Origin: Negaprion brevirostris
Taxonomy: Eukaryota
Length of the DNA: 64,000 bases
Reading direction: 5' to 3'
Assembly: GCA_030324005.1 (NCBI GenBank)
Contig: JARDVH010000097.1
Span: 20,113,259 to 20,177,258, forward strand
The translations under genes were made by a program, and so were the position numbers. Below the pieces are notes generated by a model. That model worked only from the letters and a program-made list of their open reading frames with translations, was not told the DNA's origin and did not search any database. Positions 59,621 through 64,000 of the stretch are shown here, in pieces. Position 1 is the first letter of the stretch. Each line of letters starts with the position of its first letter.

Positions 59621-62600
59621 GTGTTTGTGCAGAAAAATATCGCTGTGTAAAGATGAATGCAAGAAGTAAACTGGTGGGAAAATTTAGTAATAGAACAGAG
59701 GTATGTATGTAAGTATATTGTGAGAAAGACATTTATCAAAACGTTTCCAAAAAAATATATAACTTCAACTTAAGATTGGAGCGTATAAAGGATTGACCAA
59801 CTATTAATTCCTGTGATATTTAAGGTAAATTTATCAATTCCCCCACAAAGTAAGTAAGCAACTGTGCTAAAATATAACTTTGACATTGCGATCAATGTCT
59901 AACATAATTTTCTGTTTCGAGAACAGTGTTAATGCTTTGCTTGTTAAATAGAATAGTTTTGCAAGTATGTTGCGGCACGCTTTTCACCTGTCTTTACTGC
60001 ATGGTAAGATATTTGGCATGCCATGAAGTGAATGGTCAGAGATCTGTTGACATCATGAGCTAAGGTTATTGACTTGGCATTATTTCTATTTAAATTCAAC
60101 TCACATCAGTTTGCAGTGATCGTACTTAGCATGTGCGGTATGTTCAAAACTCCAATTTATAACTGACACTGCAGCAGTGGCTAGAAATTGCTTTGCTTTA
60201 ATAAGAGCTGATGCACTAGAGAAAACAGCTACAATTCAGGCAGAGTTGAAGACAATGAGAATTGAATTCACTGCACTGTTTGCACTATACTTTGGTGAGG
60301 AAGGCCTACGATGATCCTAAAAAGGCAGCTTTGCACGTAACTGAACTAGATCACAAACTCTTACTGTTTTCAAAGTGTACTTTCACATGTAGGGCAACCT
60401 GGTAAAAGACCAAGGAGCAGTACGTTAGGAAATAATCCACACCAAGAGGCTGTGACAAAGCCCTGGCCTTTGTTGAAGGAAGACATTCTGAAACAACCAA
60501 CCGTTATCTTGAGACTGCTTATGAAAGATAGATTGCTATGTCTTCAATTTTATGATTTTGTTCACTTACTGCAAGACCTACATGTGCAATAGAAATAATG
60601 TAGTTAATTCTACAATGTAAATAAAATTTGAATTAATAGGAGCACATTAGACCCATACATGAGTTCATGCTGCTAAATTTTCTATCCATCCATTTGTTTG
60701 AACTGATTAATCACCAATGGGCTTTTCAATAAGCAATAATCACTCCTCTGCTAAACCTCAATAGCTACAATAATGTCCCCTGTGCAAGGGGAAGAAGGCA
60801 ACTGGGATAAAGGAGAAAGAAGGAAAAGGTGGTGAGTGGGAGAGGAGGATAAAGAATGAGGGAAAAAGAGCATGGCGATGTTGGCTTGAGTTGAAGTGAT
60901 GAAGGAGAATAAAGCAAAGGGGGAATGGAAGTTTAGCAGGATGGGCAGGGAGGAAGAAGACACAGGTTGCAGAGTGGGAAGGGAGATGACCATTGAGAGG
61001 GAGGAAAGAAGTGAGAAAGGAAATGAAAAAGAAAGAAGGACAGATAGCGAAAGTAAGAGGGTCAGGTTGAGGAGACATCAAAGAAGTTTCAGTGAAGAGA
61101 CTACACAATTGCTCACTGGGTCATTGGGGTGACGGGGATTGGAGGAGGGGGCAGAGGCTGGATTGACTGTTCAATGCCCCAATGAGATGAAGGGAAGTTC
61201 TGATATGCATTAAGATCTTAAAGGGAGGGGAAAATCATTGAAGATAATACTGAGGAAAAAAAAAGAAAGATGCTATTAATGGGGGGGAGAGGGTTTTTGG
61301 AAGAAAAGACAGAGATCAGTTCATAAATGCTGTTCCAAGGATACAAAGATTTATGACATAAAAATCTTTTAGATTGGAGACAATTGCCATTGGCCAATTG
61401 CCGGTGGCAGAAAAGAGATTTGTGTTTGTGATAGGTTTTATCTGATATGTGGTTGTACAGTTTCAAAGACTCCTTGATAAAGATCTATTGGTGTTAGTTA
61501 TTTAAAGGCCTACTATTTCCTAGTAATGTTGATAGATTTGATGGAGGATTAAGGATTATAATGTTATCATTATTAGGGGCTTTTCCACTTGCGCTCAAAG
61601 CTGTGCAGTTTATCCTTCATTTCAGATTTTAACCTGAATCAGCAGGCCAAAGAGGCAAATTTAAAACATAAGTTTCCAGTTTAGTTGTTTCATGTTGAGT
61701 TTCAGGAAAAGGTAGCACCACCTACAATTGCCCCGAGATTTCTAATACCTTAAAGATGGCAAACTATATGAGGCATGAATTCCTGAGGTGATCTCCCACC
61801 AGAAGTATTTATTTATGAAGATTTGCCTGTGCATCAGAGAGATGTTGTGAAATTATGGCGACCTGGATCTGTATGGTTCCTGGTTCATTTACCATAAGTT
61901 AGACATAAATATGTGATGTTCAGATGTAGCATGATTGTGCAGATGTGACAAAAATAAGATATTGTTATCTGTGATGCTTCAGAATATTGCTCTTTCTTTA
62001 TGTCACAATGCTTCTGGAGCTGGGGTTGGCTTACAAGACAATAGTCTCAGAACAGAGATACGAGAACCAATTTTTTGAATGTGTATTTTTAGTATGGAGC
62101 ATGTTTTCATGAATAGTGATACTTATAAATCATGGGTGCCTTGGAAACCGGGATCAGCTGCGATTTTTTTGTCGGTGTCCTTATTTGTGGAATACTCATT
62201 ACAATAGAATCTTTTACCCAGCATCCTTAGCAGCATGGAAACCATTCTATCCCTGGGACACAGCTGGGCAAACATTCAATCCCAGAGTTAAATTGGTATC
62301 TTTGTCGCGATGGATACTGGGTAAAGTACATCCCATTCCAAAACTTAGTTTGCTGACTGCCAATCGTTGGCCCTTTCTACACCAACACACTGTTCCATGA
62401 AACTTTACATAGTTGCAGTTCCTGTCCAAGTCCTTTTTTCTCTGCTGAAGTTTTTTAAATGATCCAAATTACAATTTTTGTATCTGGCAACTTAAGACAA
62501 TATTTGGCTTGTTTNNNNNNNNNNNNNNNNNNNNNNNNNNNNNNNNNNNNNNNNNNNNNNNNNNNNNNNNNNNNNNNNNNNNNNNNNNNNNNNNNNNNNN

Positions 62601-63299
62601 NNNNNNNNNNNNNNNNNNNNNNNNNNNNNNNNNNNNNNNNNNNNNNNNNNNNNNNNNNNNNNNNNNNNNNNNNNNNNNNNNNNNNNNNNNNNNNNNNNNN
62701 NNNNNNNNNNNNNNNNNNNNNNNNNNNNNNNNNNNNNNNNNNNNNNNNNNNNNNNNNNNNNNNNNNNNNNNNNNNNNNNNNNNNNNNNNNNNNNNNNNNN
62801 NNNNNNNNNNNNNNNNNNNNNNNNNNNNNNNNNNNNNNNNNNNNNNNNNNNNNNNNNNNNNNNNNNNNNNNNNNNNNNNNNNNNNNNNNNNNNNNNNNNN
62901 NNNNNNNNNNNNNNNNNNNNNNNNNNNNNNNNNNNNNNNNNNNNNNNNNNNNNNNNNNNNNNNNNCACAGTGCAACCAGTCTTCTGCTCTTAAAGACAAT
63001 CTATTCATCTGAAAGTGAATTTGTTAAGAAATATCAGCGGTTTCTGATTACAATTGCAATTTTACACAAGGGAAATGGGATACTGTGGCACAGAAAAGGT
63101 TAAAGTATGTTAGATGTGATTCCAGAGGTCTCAGTAGTTGAGATTGACAGGAGGAGAGATGCTATTGTTCTGAAGGTGCCAGGAGATCCATTGTGACCAC
63201 TTTCAGAAAGAATTTGGAATCAGAGATGTCAATTCCCAGTGTCTGATAGCGGTGACGTCCAATGACATCATGTGGATAGTCAAAGTCAGTGGTTGCAAC

Positions 63300-63620
63300 A
63301 ATTTTTTTATTTGTTCATGGGATGTGGGTGGGCCACTATGTATTGCCCATCCCTGAGGGCATTTGAGGATCACTCACATTGCTGTGGATCTGGAGTCACA
63401 TATAGGTCAGATCAGGTAAGAATGACAGGTTTCCTTCCTTAAAGGGAACAGGTGGGCTTTACAACAATAGTCTCATGGTTATCATTAGATTTTTAATTCC
63501 AAAATTCTTTATTGAATTCAAATTTTGCCATCTGCTTGGTGGGATTTGAATCCAATTCCCCAGAACATTACCCTGAGTCTCTGGATTCCTAGTCCAGCAA
63601 CAATACCATAACACCAATGC
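63300..63620 (-). mobile_element. tRNA-derived SINE with a CR1-type tail
   Basis: Minus-strand head ...CTGGACTAGGAATCCAGAG...GGATTCAAATCCCACC; tail ...CCCACATCCCATGAACAAATAAAAAAA matches the 59.6 kb LINE tail. Confidence 0.65.
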
Positions 63621-63664
63621 CTCCCCTCCAAATTACATCTCTTCCTGTAGCCATTCCATTGAGA

Positions 63665-63902
63665 AGGACGTGCAACAGATACATGGCAACACCACCACCT
63701 TGCAAGTTCCCCTCCAAGCCATTCACCACCCTGACTTTGAAACACATTGTCGTTCCTTCACAGTCACTGGGTCAAAATGGTGGAATTCCTGCCTGATGAC
63801 ATTGTGGATCAACCCAAGTTACATGGACTGCAGCGGTTCAAGACGACAGCTTGAAGGGCAATAATGAGCAGTAATGCCCATGTCCCATGTTTGATTAAAA
63901 GA
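63665..63902 (+). mobile_element. CR1-type LINE 3' end (second family)
   Basis: CACCACCACCTTGCAAGTTCCCCTCCAAG...GGACTGCAGCGGTTCAAGA. Confidence 0.7.
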
Positions 63903-64000
63903 AACTCTACCCATTGCTGGAATAACCTCTTGCGCTGTTTGATCCACCACATTCCTATCACTCACCCATCAACAGCCCCTGGCACTCAGGACCGTACTCT

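Noticed and set aside
62090-62430. Unique-looking stretch with overlapping ORFs, considered as a host exon
   Set aside because: No frame gives a recognisable protein and there is no convincing splice pair.

Overview
Eukaryotic, repeat-dense non-coding DNA from a gapped draft assembly, almost certainly an elasmobranch (shark/ray): it is full of HE1-type V-SINEs and HER1/CR1 LINE 3' ends. I recognise no host protein-coding exon, RNA gene or intact ORF; the ORF track is mostly spurious or reads through N gaps. The window holds: (1) a decayed PIF/Harbinger (HARBI1-like) transposase with its terminus (~250-2257, minus) and four GC-rich non-autonomous relatives with terminal hairpins; (2) four decayed Ty3/Gypsy segments plus LTRs with clear TG...CA termini; (3) CR1, Rex1/Babar, L2 and Penelope-like fragments; (4) 13 V-SINEs with two alternative tails, Deu-domain and other tRNA-derived SINEs, and small MITEs. 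The most unusual signal is a family of ~150-210 bp palindromic, TSD-flanked Penelope-derived mini-elements carrying degenerate minimal hammerhead-ribozyme motifs. All family assignments come from motif recognition by eye, and most boundaries are approximate.
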